In this document: one piece after another, positions 13,221 through 23,000 of the stretch | How positions within the stretch are numbered: position 1 is the first letter of the stretch | How the letters are laid out: every line of letters starts with the position of its first letter | Assembly (NCBI GenBank): GCA_963703315.1 | Contig: OY969811.1 | Location: 480,001 to 544,000 of the forward strand | Length of the DNA: 64,000 nt | DNA from: an uncultured cyanobacterium | Lineage (GTDB): Bacteria; Cyanobacteriota; Cyanobacteriia; Pseudanabaenales; Pseudanabaenaceae | Direction of reading: 5' to 3' | Notes under the pieces: model-generated | Database searches by the model: none | Told to the model about the DNA's origin: nothing | Seen by the model: the letters and a program-made list of their open reading frames with translations, nothing else | Program-made: the position numbers and the translations under genes

Positions 13221-13259
13221 AAAAGAGGATGGCGGCGCTTCGCGCCACCATCCTCTTTT
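13221..13259. repeat. Palindromic element, possible bidirectional terminator
   Basis: aaaagaggatggcggcgc ttc gcgccaccatcctctttt. Confidence 0.85.
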
Positions 13260-14142
13260 ATTTGAGGGCGATCGCCAATTTACCTTTAGCTTGCCAACTA
13301 GCATAGGCACTATAAACACAGCGATCGCCCACACTGACAAATACATGGGTAACTTGTAAGGGATTTGTCCATGTCCAGAGTTTTGTGCCATCTGCATAAA
13401 CCTTGATCGGCTTAGCATATTTAAAATTTTGGTTATCAATTTCTGTGAGATCAAGCGATCGCAGCTTCGCAATCAATTGTGAAGCTGTATCAGTTTGGAG
13501 CGGTGAGATTATAGGATTTTGCCAAAATTGACGTATGGCATCAGCAACCAGAGGATGATTTTTTAGAGAGTTATGACGTATACCCTCTAGACGCACAAAG
13601 GTTGATTGGGAAAACTGCGAACAACCGATCGGCACTATGCCATCGGTATTATTGCCAATATCACTGACAACACAAAGTGTAGGGATTTGGGAGGCGATCG
13701 CTTCGGCAATAGGGCGACGATTTTTGCCCAGATCACGCGCCATTAAGGGAAACCACTCCAAAGGATCGAATAGTCTACCCAAATCCGAGCCGCCAATGGG
13801 TGAGCCTACTAGAGCAAGGCTATGGACTTTGGTAAACCATTCGGGATGACGATCTAAAATTTCTAGCCAGATCAGCCCACCCATCGAATGCGCGACAATG
13901 CGTAACTGTAAGTCTGGATAGGTAGCGATCGCCTCAATTGCAATTTTTTCGACTTTATTAATTAATGGGGCGATCATTAACCAAGTATTAATCCATCCCA
14001 GATCTGGTGTATAGATCGGTGTGCTGGGGCTAGCCAGCGATCGGGCTAGTTGAGCAATATCATGGCAAGTATCCGCCCAGCCATGTTGGGCAAATAATAT
14101 AAAGTCTAGTGGTGAATTTTGGGACTGTGGAATGCTAGGCAT
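13258..14142 (-). CDS. Alpha/beta hydrolase (lipase/esterase-like)
   Basis: QHGW oxyanion motif, AHSMGG nucleophile, DGIV Asp, and a catalytic His. Confidence 0.85.
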   Translation of the reverse strand: MPSIPQSQNSPLDFILFAQHGWADTCHDIAQLARSLASPSTPIYTPDLGWINTWLMIAPLINKVEKIAIEAIATYPDLQLRIVAHSMGGLIWLEILDRHPEWFTKVHSLALVGSPIGGSDLGRLFDPLEWFPLMARDLGKNRRPIAEAIASQIPTLCVVSDIGNNTDGIVPIGCSQFSQSTFVRLEGIRHNSLKNHPLVADAIRQFWQNPIISPLQTDTASQLIAKLRSLDLTEIDNQNFKYAKPIKVYADGTKLWTWTNPLQVTHVFVSVGDRCVYSAYASWQAKGKLAIALK

Positions 14143-14151
14143 ATTCCGATT

Positions 14152-14817
14152 TTAACGCCTAATTCTGACACCTCGGTACATCACAACCTCTCCACCCTCA
14201 GATCGGGAGTTGGATTTAGAATTATTTTTTGATTTTGCCTCAGCCTTAAATGGACTAACATCTTGGATAGCGACTAACTCACTTTCCTCAATTTGGATAA
14301 TAGAGTTGGCGGGTGTGGAGCTATCTGTCAATCTTTTGGCGATCGCTTCAATAGGTTGAGCAATCAATGAGCAACCGATTAAAGCTGTCACCCTCGCAAC
14401 TTCTGACATTAAATTTTGAGGTGAGAGGCGGGGCAGTACATCGGCGGCTCCACGTCTCAATGCCCAACTATGTTCAATGTCTTTGATTTTTTCTTGTCTG
14501 GGGTTAAACAAGATCACCTTAGTATCCGCCTTTTGTTTATTAATCCATTGACAAACCGATGATGATTGCAATGTTTCTGAATTGGGACTTTTGATCGCCA
14601 TATCCATAATTAATAGGTCTGGCAACTTTTGGCGATCGCCCTTTTCTAAATACTGTTCTAAAACCTGTACTAAATCTAAGGAAACATTCTCCCAAATTAC
14701 ATCCAATTGCTGAGTCGCCAAAGCTGTCTGCCACAATTCCCCTTGGGCTTGATCAGTATGCATCATTAAAACAGCTTTTTTGTTTTCAGCCATTGCTTTA
14801 TCTAGTTCCCCCATCAA
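14152..14817 (-). CDS. Atypical response-regulator receiver domain protein
   Basis: PDLLIMD, WALRRGAADVLP; C-terminal VMYRGV motif. Confidence 0.7.
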   Translation of the reverse strand: MMGELDKAMAENKKAVLMMHTDQAQGELWQTALATQQLDVIWENVSLDLVQVLEQYLEKGDRQKLPDLLIMDMAIKSPNSETLQSSSVCQWINKQKADTKVILFNPRQEKIKDIEHSWALRRGAADVLPRLSPQNLMSEVARVTALIGCSLIAQPIEAIAKRLTDSSTPANSIIQIEESELVAIQDVSPFKAEAKSKNNSKSNSRSEGGEVVMYRGVRIRR

Positions 14818-14906
14818 GATGAGTTTGGTAACTTAGTTTTTTCTTAATGATAAGTTAACCGATTTTGCAAGTTCATTTTGTACTGTAATTAACCAAAATA
14901 AAAAAC

Positions 14907-14957
14907 CAGATAAATTTTTGAAAGCGCCGCAAAGCGGCGCTTTCAAAAATTTATCTG
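14907..14957. repeat. Perfect palindrome, same family as 62399-62449
   Basis: cagataaatttttgaaagcgccgc aaa gcggcgctttcaaaaatttatctg. Confidence 0.9.
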
Positions 14958-14969
14958 TAATCCTTCCCC

Positions 14970-15010
14970 AGAATAAAAGTGGCGGCGCTTCGCGCCGCCA
15001 CTTTTATTCT
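14970..15010. repeat. Perfect palindrome overlapping the peroxiredoxin stop codon
   Basis: agaataaaagtggcggcgc ttc gcgccgccacttttattct. Confidence 0.9.
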
Positions 15011-15570
15011 ATTTTGATGGTTGCCATGCCCTGTTGCCAGTCTGCGGGACACACCTCATTTTTATGAATTTGTGTATGTTGAATTGCCTTGAGAGTGCGG
15101 ATAGTTTCGTCGATGCTCCGTCCAAAGGCAAGATTATTAATAGTTGCGTGTTGGACAATCCCTGCCTTGTCAATAATAAATAAGCCGCGCAAAGCTACAC
15201 CTGCCAAAGGATCAAGCACATTAAACGCAGTAGCGATCGCCTTAGTCAGATCGGAAACCAATGGACACTTGATATCTCCTCCCAGTCCACCATCAGCAAG
15301 AGACGTTTGAATCCAAGCCAGATGGGCATATTGACTATCGACCGAAATCCCAATTACTTCAGTATTTAATTTGGCAAACTCATCATAGCGATCGCTGAAA
15401 GCAATCACTTCTGTAGGACAGACAAAAGTAAAGTCGAGGGGATAAAAAAACAAGACAACATATTGTTTGCCTTGATAGCTAGAAAGCTTAATTTTTGTAA
15501 ATTCTTGATCAACTACGGCATCAGCTTCAAAGTCTGGTGCAGGATTACCCACCCGCAAGAATTCTGCCAT
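15004..15570 (-). CDS. 2-Cys peroxiredoxin (AhpC/Prx1)
   Basis: [27 protein letters not shown] and EVCPADW motifs. Confidence 0.95.
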   Translation of the reverse strand: MAEFLRVGNPAPDFEADAVVDQEFTKIKLSSYQGKQYVVLFFYPLDFTFVCPTEVIAFSDRYDEFAKLNTEVIGISVDSQYAHLAWIQTSLADGGLGGDIKCPLVSDLTKAIATAFNVLDPLAGVALRGLFIIDKAGIVQHATINNLAFGRSIDETIRTLKAIQHTQIHKNEVCPADWQQGMATIKIE

Positions 15571-15689
15571 AAAACATTTAACCTACTTGAAAGTGATTGG
15601 GAGTGCAAAACATCCTCAATAACTTTATCAACTATTCAAAATATCAAAATATTATTTGTGTTAAGAAAGGGCTTTAGTTGTACCGCCCG

Positions 15690-16529
15690 TTAGAACAGTG
15701 CTGGGTTCTTGTTTTTGACGCGATCATAAAGGATTTCCATTGTCTCAATGAACGAACTATCCTTTTTCCAAAATGGAGGATTGTCACCCTGTTTTTTAAT
15801 AGCGATCGCTGATACACTCGCAGGAGCAGCAAAGGGAATCGATTGTGGTAAGCGCTTATGTCCCTGCCAAAATTGTTTGAGGGTAGGAGTTTCTTTGATA
15901 GTTTCGGTTTGCGGTTTGGTGAAGTAAGAGGTCGCTACTTCTGGCGCTAGAGTGCGATCGCCTAATTCTGATGCTAGGGCTTTACCAAGGGGCGATTTGA
16001 TGAGTTCTGCTTGCAGATCTTCTTTAGATATGCCGCGCATCTCAAACAGCAGAAATGGATCTTGATCGAGTTCCCCAGAGAGTCGGTAACATAGTCCTGC
16101 AATATGTTTGCAAGGATTGGAATAGTCTGGACAAGAACATTCAGTTTGAAAGTCTTTGCTGCTATAGGGTAATAGATGTTTACCAACGGCGGTAAAACTA
16201 TCTTCAATGTTTTCAGGTACTTCGTTAAGTAATAATCTGGCGACTACGCTTGCCTTTGAGGACATATTGGCAATGATTTTTGTCCAGTCTTTAGCAGCGA
16301 TCGCTGTCATTTTTACTTCAGTCCCATAGAGTGGCTCTTTATAGACTCCAAAATAAGGATTGACGTTACCGCGAATAGTAGCCGTTGCAAGTCCTTTGGT
16401 AATAGTAAAATGGAGAATGCGACTGTCTCCAGAATAAGCGCGACCGCGTTGGAGTCTACCTGAATCGGTAAAAGATTCGAGGGCGCTAATGAATTTTTGC
16501 CCCCACCATGTCCGACTATGTTTTGCCAT
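15690..16529 (-). CDS. SWIM zinc-finger protein, usual SNF2 partner
   Basis: TWWGQKF, GRLQRGRAY, CSCPD..PCKH and DPFLLFEMRG motifs. Confidence 0.9.
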   Translation of the reverse strand: MAKHSRTWWGQKFISALESFTDSGRLQRGRAYSGDSRILHFTITKGLATATIRGNVNPYFGVYKEPLYGTEVKMTAIAAKDWTKIIANMSSKASVVARLLLNEVPENIEDSFTAVGKHLLPYSSKDFQTECSCPDYSNPCKHIAGLCYRLSGELDQDPFLLFEMRGISKEDLQAELIKSPLGKALASELGDRTLAPEVATSYFTKPQTETIKETPTLKQFWQGHKRLPQSIPFAAPASVSAIAIKKQGDNPPFWKKDSSFIETMEILYDRVKNKNPALF

Positions 16530-16588
16530 TGTTTTACTCCTAAAGTTTTATTTTGAAGGTTTAGTTTCTATATGCGCTTGACAGCAAA

Positions 16589-17443
16589 CTAAGATAAATC
16601 AATCATTTTGTTTGAATCTTTTTTTGTCTCATCAATATTGCCATTTAAATCAGATTCACCAATATGGTCGCCTTGAGCATTAAAGACCTCAATATGTGAT
16701 GCTTGACCATAATGAAAATTATCTACATACCAGTACCGATTATTTTGAATTTCACGGTAAATACTTCTGCCATCATAAATATTTTGTGTTTTTTGAAACC
16801 TCTGAGTATCTCTCAATATTGTTTGTTGATCTTTAGGTGGATATCTTGACAAAAAATCGTATTCTATTCTGCTTAAGCTTAATTTTATTTCCAGCCAATT
16901 TTGTAGTGCTAAATGACTATCAATTCCATCTAATTTAATAGGTTGTCTTTCGTCATTATTTTTTATAATGGGAATTATGCAGCATTCTTTAATATCTGGA
17001 TGCAATAAGTTAAAAGTTGAACTTTTAAAATTTATGACTAAATAAATTGAGCCTCCATTCCTTAGAGATCTTTCTGACACTTCCGCTAAAGATGTATCAG
17101 TCACATTTTTAGATGTTTCGTTATTTAAGTAATCAAATAAATCATCAGAAGAGTGTAACTGCTCTTTTCTCCACTCTTTAGGATTTTGCTTATTAAATAC
17201 TATTTCTACAAAGGCTTGCTTTAAAGATTTGTCTTTGATTATATTGAGGCTAGCACTAAAATTTGATTCTCTAATAGCATTATAGTTAACAAACAACTTA
17301 CTATCTTCTTTGTAAACTTGTTTATTATTTGTCTTTTTATTTAATAGTTTAAATATTTCAATAAAATCTTTGATTGCACTAACAAATTCTAATTCGTTAG
17401 TATATTGTCCTTCTAATGAAACTTCATTAATAAATATTTCCAT
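16589..17443 (-). CDS. Putative defence effector with colicin E3-like RNase C-terminus (Menshen NsnC-like)
   Basis: Third gene of an AT-rich operon; C-terminal YWYVDNFH...HIEVFNAQGDHIGESDLNG. Confidence 0.6.
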   Translation of the reverse strand: MEIFINEVSLEGQYTNELEFVSAIKDFIEIFKLLNKKTNNKQVYKEDSKLFVNYNAIRESNFSASLNIIKDKSLKQAFVEIVFNKQNPKEWRKEQLHSSDDLFDYLNNETSKNVTDTSLAEVSERSLRNGGSIYLVINFKSSTFNLLHPDIKECCIIPIIKNNDERQPIKLDGIDSHLALQNWLEIKLSLSRIEYDFLSRYPPKDQQTILRDTQRFQKTQNIYDGRSIYREIQNNRYWYVDNFHYGQASHIEVFNAQGDHIGESDLNGNIDETKKDSNKMIDLS

Positions 17444-17445
17444 AT

Positions 17446-18780
17446 TTAAATACCAAAAAGCCTTTCAAAATCTTTGGTTGTCTGATCAAAGAAATCATCT
17501 GGCCATTCTTCGATACCACCATCAGGTTGTACGGGTATTTGTACAACTGGATTTTCTAAATCATTTTGAAAATATAAAATACTTAGATCTTCGGAATTAA
17601 TTATTTTGTCAAGTACTGCTATGCGTAACCCATTTAAAATATGATCGCTGTGAGACTCAACTAAAACTTGTACTCCACAACTACTAACTTTAGCAAGAAA
17701 TTTAGTTAACTCAGACTGCGCTCTTGGATGTAGATGTATTTCAGGATTTTCAACGATTAATATTTCACCTTCTTTGGCGATTAGTCCTGAAACGATAATT
17801 GGCAAAACGCTATGGAATCCAAACCCTACATTTGCAGGTTTAAAGCGATCTTTTGAGGCACTTGTATTAAATAGTAGTTCCAAAATACTGCTTTGTGAAC
17901 TGGGTATTTCAAGTTTCGCACCACCAAAGATCTTACTCAACCATGCTTCTGTCTGTGTAATAAGAGTTTTAGCATCTTCGCCCAAGCAGAGTTTATCATC
18001 AACCAAATCGCCTTGTTTTTTATAGAGTAAATTAGCTGTAAATTCACCTCTTGCACCTACATTGGGGAATTTATCTAGAGTTGATTTAGGATAAAAATCC
18101 TTTGGTCCAATGCGATCAGCAGAGATGTAATGAAAATTATCAAAAAATATGTACAAGTATAAATCTCTTATATCAAATGTTCCTAGAGAATATGGGCATT
18201 TTATTGATTGTTCAGTTTTTAGATTAAATAATTTGGTGTAACGAGTAACTTTGTCTGGGTTTTGAGAAACAAAAAGTTTTTCCTTATTATTCAATAATGT
18301 ATATACCTCACTAAAAGAATATAAATTTTTTGAAGTATTGACATTAATATTTTCAATTAATTCAGAATACAAATTAATTTTGCAAATCTGAGCAACCATA
18401 TCATCTTCTGGGTTCTCAATTAAGTGGTACTGTATATCACTTTTTAAAATAACCTCAGTACTATTTTCTTGATTTTTCAAGTTTAAATGACGAACCGAAA
18501 TTTTAGATTTAAAATAGTATCTGATAACAACTGGATTTTTTAATGATATGTCTCGATTACGAATATCATTAAAAGTATTTAAATTCACACAACTACCATT
18601 TAATAGGATTTTATCCGTATTTTCATCATGCTCAATAGATTGTCTCATTAGCAACAAAGATTGAAGTAAAGTTGATTTACCTCTGCCATTAACTCCTGTT
18701 AATAAGGTTAACTTTCCCAAAGGAAAAGATACTCTATTTTTAAAGCATTTAAAATTTTCTATCTCTATTTGAGTTATCAT
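17446..18780 (-). CDS. AAA/ABC-type ATPase with DUF3696 C-terminus (Menshen NsnB-like)
   Basis: IENFKCF, Walker A GVNGRGKS, NVGFG signature, VENPEIHLHP, ESHS, C-terminal EWPDDFFDQ. Confidence 0.85.
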   Translation of the reverse strand: MITQIEIENFKCFKNRVSFPLGKLTLLTGVNGRGKSTLLQSLLLMRQSIEHDENTDKILLNGSCVNLNTFNDIRNRDISLKNPVVIRYYFKSKISVRHLNLKNQENSTEVILKSDIQYHLIENPEDDMVAQICKINLYSELIENINVNTSKNLYSFSEVYTLLNNKEKLFVSQNPDKVTRYTKLFNLKTEQSIKCPYSLGTFDIRDLYLYIFFDNFHYISADRIGPKDFYPKSTLDKFPNVGARGEFTANLLYKKQGDLVDDKLCLGEDAKTLITQTEAWLSKIFGGAKLEIPSSQSSILELLFNTSASKDRFKPANVGFGFHSVLPIIVSGLIAKEGEILIVENPEIHLHPRAQSELTKFLAKVSSCGVQVLVESHSDHILNGLRIAVLDKIINSEDLSILYFQNDLENPVVQIPVQPDGGIEEWPDDFFDQTTKDFERLFGI

Positions 18781-19910
18781 TTCACATCTCCTAAAATTTC
18801 TTGAGCTAGTTTAAACCTACTAATAACTTTAGCCTTACTGCTAGTAGCATTTTTTACAGCATCTAAATAATCTACATTTTTGATAAGACTTTCAAAATTA
18901 GCGATGATTTGTATTTTATGCTGGTTTAAGAATAAATCATCTTTAATAGAGAAAAAGTAAGCCACTGATTCAAGAATTGCAATGCTAATTCTACCTCTAG
19001 TTTGATTCGTAGGCAATCGGAAATTTCTCTTGCCAAAGAATCCATAAGTAATATTCATAACTCTTTGAAAATCATCTTTTAAAGAATCAATTTCTGATGA
19101 CTTTATAGTATTTATCTTTTTCATTGTAGTTTCTAGAAAATCACTCATATCACCTTGATAATCTTTTTCATAGTCAAAAATCCTAAAAGCTAAGTATCTT
19201 AAAACTGCTTCTCTATCTTTCATTCTCTTGGGTGAAATACCTTGATTAATCGCAACTTTAAACTCATCTGACTCAGCTAACTCTTTAAGTAACTGTGTGG
19301 ATTTACCTAAAAATATACAATTTCGTACTTCTTGACGTTGTAGATTCGTTCCACCTGTATTAATTCTATTGAAAATATCATAAACTACCTTTACGGAAAC
19401 CGATGGTCTAATCACATAAAGGTTAAGTTTTTTATCCTCAATTTTCGTTTGATAATCTCCAGTCAAATTTTTGAGATCAGAGAAACTATAACCATTTAAT
19501 TTTTTAAGGGCTTCTAATCCTTGAAGCTTAAATCCATTGTTTACAAATTGATGTAAAGTACTAGTGCGTTGTAGTCCATCGACAACTATATATTTCCCCT
19601 CCCTTGTTTGATTAACATAAAAAGGTGGTATCGGAAAATTTAAAATAACTGATTCAATAAACTTACTTTGCTGGGTTCTTTCCCAAACAAGATTACGCTG
19701 GAAATCAGGCTCAATAATTAGCTTGCCATTATCGTATTTTCGCATCAACTCAAAAACAGTTTGAGGGTCTTCACGAATATCAATATCTGCTTCAGTAGGA
19801 TCGTAAGGATATAGCCCTTCTTCACCTTGATCTTCTTCCAAGGTGTCATCATCTGTTTCTATTACCTCATTTATAAAATCACTTTTTTCTATTGTTGTAA
19901 TCATATACAT
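18777..19910 (-). CDS. DUF262 (ParB/Srx-like) protein (Menshen NsnA-like)
   Basis: PDFQRNLVW, VVDGLQR and IFNRINTGG motifs; ATGA overlap with the downstream ATPase. Confidence 0.88.
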   Translation of the reverse strand: MYMITTIEKSDFINEVIETDDDTLEEDQGEEGLYPYDPTEADIDIREDPQTVFELMRKYDNGKLIIEPDFQRNLVWERTQQSKFIESVILNFPIPPFYVNQTREGKYIVVDGLQRTSTLHQFVNNGFKLQGLEALKKLNGYSFSDLKNLTGDYQTKIEDKKLNLYVIRPSVSVKVVYDIFNRINTGGTNLQRQEVRNCIFLGKSTQLLKELAESDEFKVAINQGISPKRMKDREAVLRYLAFRIFDYEKDYQGDMSDFLETTMKKINTIKSSEIDSLKDDFQRVMNITYGFFGKRNFRLPTNQTRGRISIAILESVAYFFSIKDDLFLNQHKIQIIANFESLIKNVDYLDAVKNATSSKAKVISRFKLAQEILGDVK

Positions 19911-19929
19911 CCTAAGATTTTAATCTGTA

Positions 19930-20050
19930 TAAGTAAGTTGTTGGAATTAAACGTAGGATGGGTTAGCGATAGCGTAACCCATCATTGCTGTCTAATTGAT
20001 GCGTTACGTTGCACTAACGCATCCTACATTTAATTATACCTTCCTACTTA
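19930..20050. repeat. REP-like doublet (GTAGGATG...CATCCTAC) inside a TAAGT...AATTAAA / TTTAATT...CTACTTA shell
   Basis: gtaggatgggttagcgatagcgtaacccatc ... gatgcgttacgttgcactaacgcatcctac at 19953-20027. Confidence 0.75.
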
Positions 20051-20087
20051 GTTTTCGCATTATAGCTTATTGGTTTGGGCAAGCCTT

Positions 20088-23000
20088 TTAATCCATAATC
20101 GCGCTCTTATTCAAAGCAATAAGTTGCTTGAACTTGTCGTTGTCTAGCTCCGTGAGCCAAGACTCATCAGATCCCACGATCGCACCAGCCAGTTTCTTTT
20201 TGTCCTCAATCATTTGATCGATACGCTCCTCTAGGGAACCAATCGTAATGAATTTATGGACAAAGACATTTTTCTTCTGACCAATCCGAAAGGCGCGATC
20301 GGTGGCTTGGTCTTCAACGGCGGGATTCCACCAGCGATCGAAGTGGAAAACATGATTTGCCTTGGTGAGCGTAATACCGACACCGCCAGCCTTGAGGGAG
20401 AGAATGAATACCGAAGGCTCTGTTTCAGGATCTTGGAACTCGGTAATCATCCGCTCGCGTTTATCACGATTTGTGCCGCCGTGAATGTAGTAGGTGTTGT
20501 AATGCAGCTTTTGACGGATGTACTTTTCCAGAGCATCACCAATCTCCGTAAACTGCGTAAAGATTAACAGGCTTTCTCCTTCCGAAATCACCTCCTCCAT
20601 CATCTCCGATAAACGACTAAGCTTATGCGATCGCTCGGTTGTAAAGTCGCTACCATCTTGCAAAAACTGACGCGGATGATTGCAAATTTGCTTGAGCTTC
20701 AGCAATGTCGAGAGAATTAAACCCTTACGCTGAATACCTTCCACTTCATTGAGTTGTTTTTCCACATCCCTAACCACTACTTCATAGAGGGAGGCTTGTT
20801 CTTTGGTGAGGTTGGTATAAAGCTTTTGTTCGATTTTATCGGGCAGGTCTTTAATGATGGATTGATCGGTTTTGACGCGCCGCAAAATAAATGGCTCGAC
20901 CAGTTTTTTTAATACACCTGCTTGAATCTGATCATTATTCTTTTGAATTGGTGTTTCAAAGGATTTTTTAAACTGGGCTTCTTTACCTAAATAGTTAGGA
21001 TTTAGGAAGTTGAAAATTGACCATAAATCTAACAGTCGATTCTCAACGGGTGTACCTGTGAGGGCAAGGCGATGTTTTGACTCTAATTTGAGAATTGCTT
21101 TAGTTTGGGCTGCCTTCGGGTTTTTGATGTTTTGGGCTTCATCAATCACAATCCGATGCCAATTTACAGAACCAAATAGAGCTTCATCTTTGCGAATGAG
21201 CGTGAAGGAAGTAATAATCAAATCATGGGTTTGATAGATCTCTTGAAATGCAGCAGCATCTTGCAGGCGATCGCTACCATGATGCACGATCGCTCGTAAA
21301 TGGGGCGCGAACTTCTCGATTTCCTTTTGCCAATTGCCGACAACGGAAGTGGGCGCAATCAGTAATGTCGGTGGAATCTCATTTACCGATGCAAAGGCAG
21401 GAAGAACTTTTTTAGATTTTGTTGTTTTGGTTGATTTTTTGGCTTTAGTCGGTTCAGGAGTTTCTGTAATTGCAGCACGTTCATTCACCAATCTCGCAAT
21501 AATTTGCACCGTTTTACCCAAGCCCATATCATCGGCTAGACAACCATTTAAGCCCAAATTTTCCAGATATTGCAACCATGCTACGCCACGTTTTTGATAT
21601 TCGCGCAGAGTTCCCTTTAGTTGAGACGGATTTTCAATGGGTTCAAATTGCTGCTTGTCTTGCAACTTAGTTAACATCTCCGCAAGGACACTATTGCGAT
21701 CAACTTCCCAATCAGGATCAGTGGCAGTTAACTTCATCAGATCAATTAGACTCATTGCCGATGTGCCTTGTCCCTGCTGTTGCCAGAAGGTGAGCATCTC
21801 CTGCATTTTGTCGCGATCAAGTTCAATCCATTCGCCGCGAAACTTGACTAATGGTGTTTTCGCATTAACTAGCTGTTCCCATTCCTTTGCAGAAACAGTT
21901 TCATCACCGATCGCTAATTCGTACTGATATTCCACTAATTGATCAAAACCAAAGTAGCTCTTGGCTTGAGTTTTAGAACTTGCCGCACTTTTGCCCGAAC
22001 CTTTGAGCTTGATTTTTGCCTTGCGTCTACCCGCAGGTGTCCACCAAGCAGGCACAACCACTTTGTAACCCGCATCTTCTAAAACCCACGCCGATTCTTT
22101 CAGGAATTCAAAGGCTTGATCGAGGTTGAGACTTAAACCAATCGGGCGATCGGTTTCTAAGCCTTGCCAAATGGGATTATAGATTCTGGCAGCATAACCA
22201 AGATTTAACAATAGATTCTGCTCAAACTCTTTGCCAAACTGTTTTTCAAAAGCTTTCTTTTTGGCTGCCGTCATTGTCCAATAATCAGCTAGTGGCAATT
22301 TCAGCGATGGATCTTGTTTAGGCGCAACTTGAAATTGCAATTGCCAAGGCTCCTCTTCCTTGAATGGAGCTTGGAGTTGAAAGCAAAGATAAAAAGCAGA
22401 ATCCGATTGGGTACGGATAATTTTTTGTCGCCATGCTTGCCATTGTTGATATTCTTCTAAAGCTGCACTGGTATCAATAATGCTATTGGCAAAACTATCT
22501 TTAGAAAAATTCAGACATTTTTCTAATAAAGAGTCTGATACTTGCTTATCAAATTGGGCTGTGGAGGGTGTATTGGTGAGAATGCTATGCAGAATAGATT
22601 CTGAGAAATGCTGTAACAGTGTGCGGCGATCGCTAAATAATGGGTGTCCCGCAGGTTCGCTAAATCCCGCAACACAGGCGAGGGGCATATATTCCACATA
22701 TTGTCCGAGTTCTTCTTCATATTTCTCAGACACAATTTCCCAAGCTGGATAAATCTCAAATGTGGGTGCTTGACTTGCTACTTTTTTGGATTTCGCTGAA
22801 GCTTTGCTTGACTTCGCAGCTTTAACCTCAAGTTCCCGATACTTGAAGGCAGGAATATATTGATTCTTGAGAATAATTTGTTTGAAGGCTTGGGTGTAGT
22901 GATACCAAAATAGTAAATCAGATCCTAGCTGTACTTCCGCAAGATTATTAATGGCGATGAAATGTAGGTCATTCAGCAATTTGACAACATTAATGGCGCG

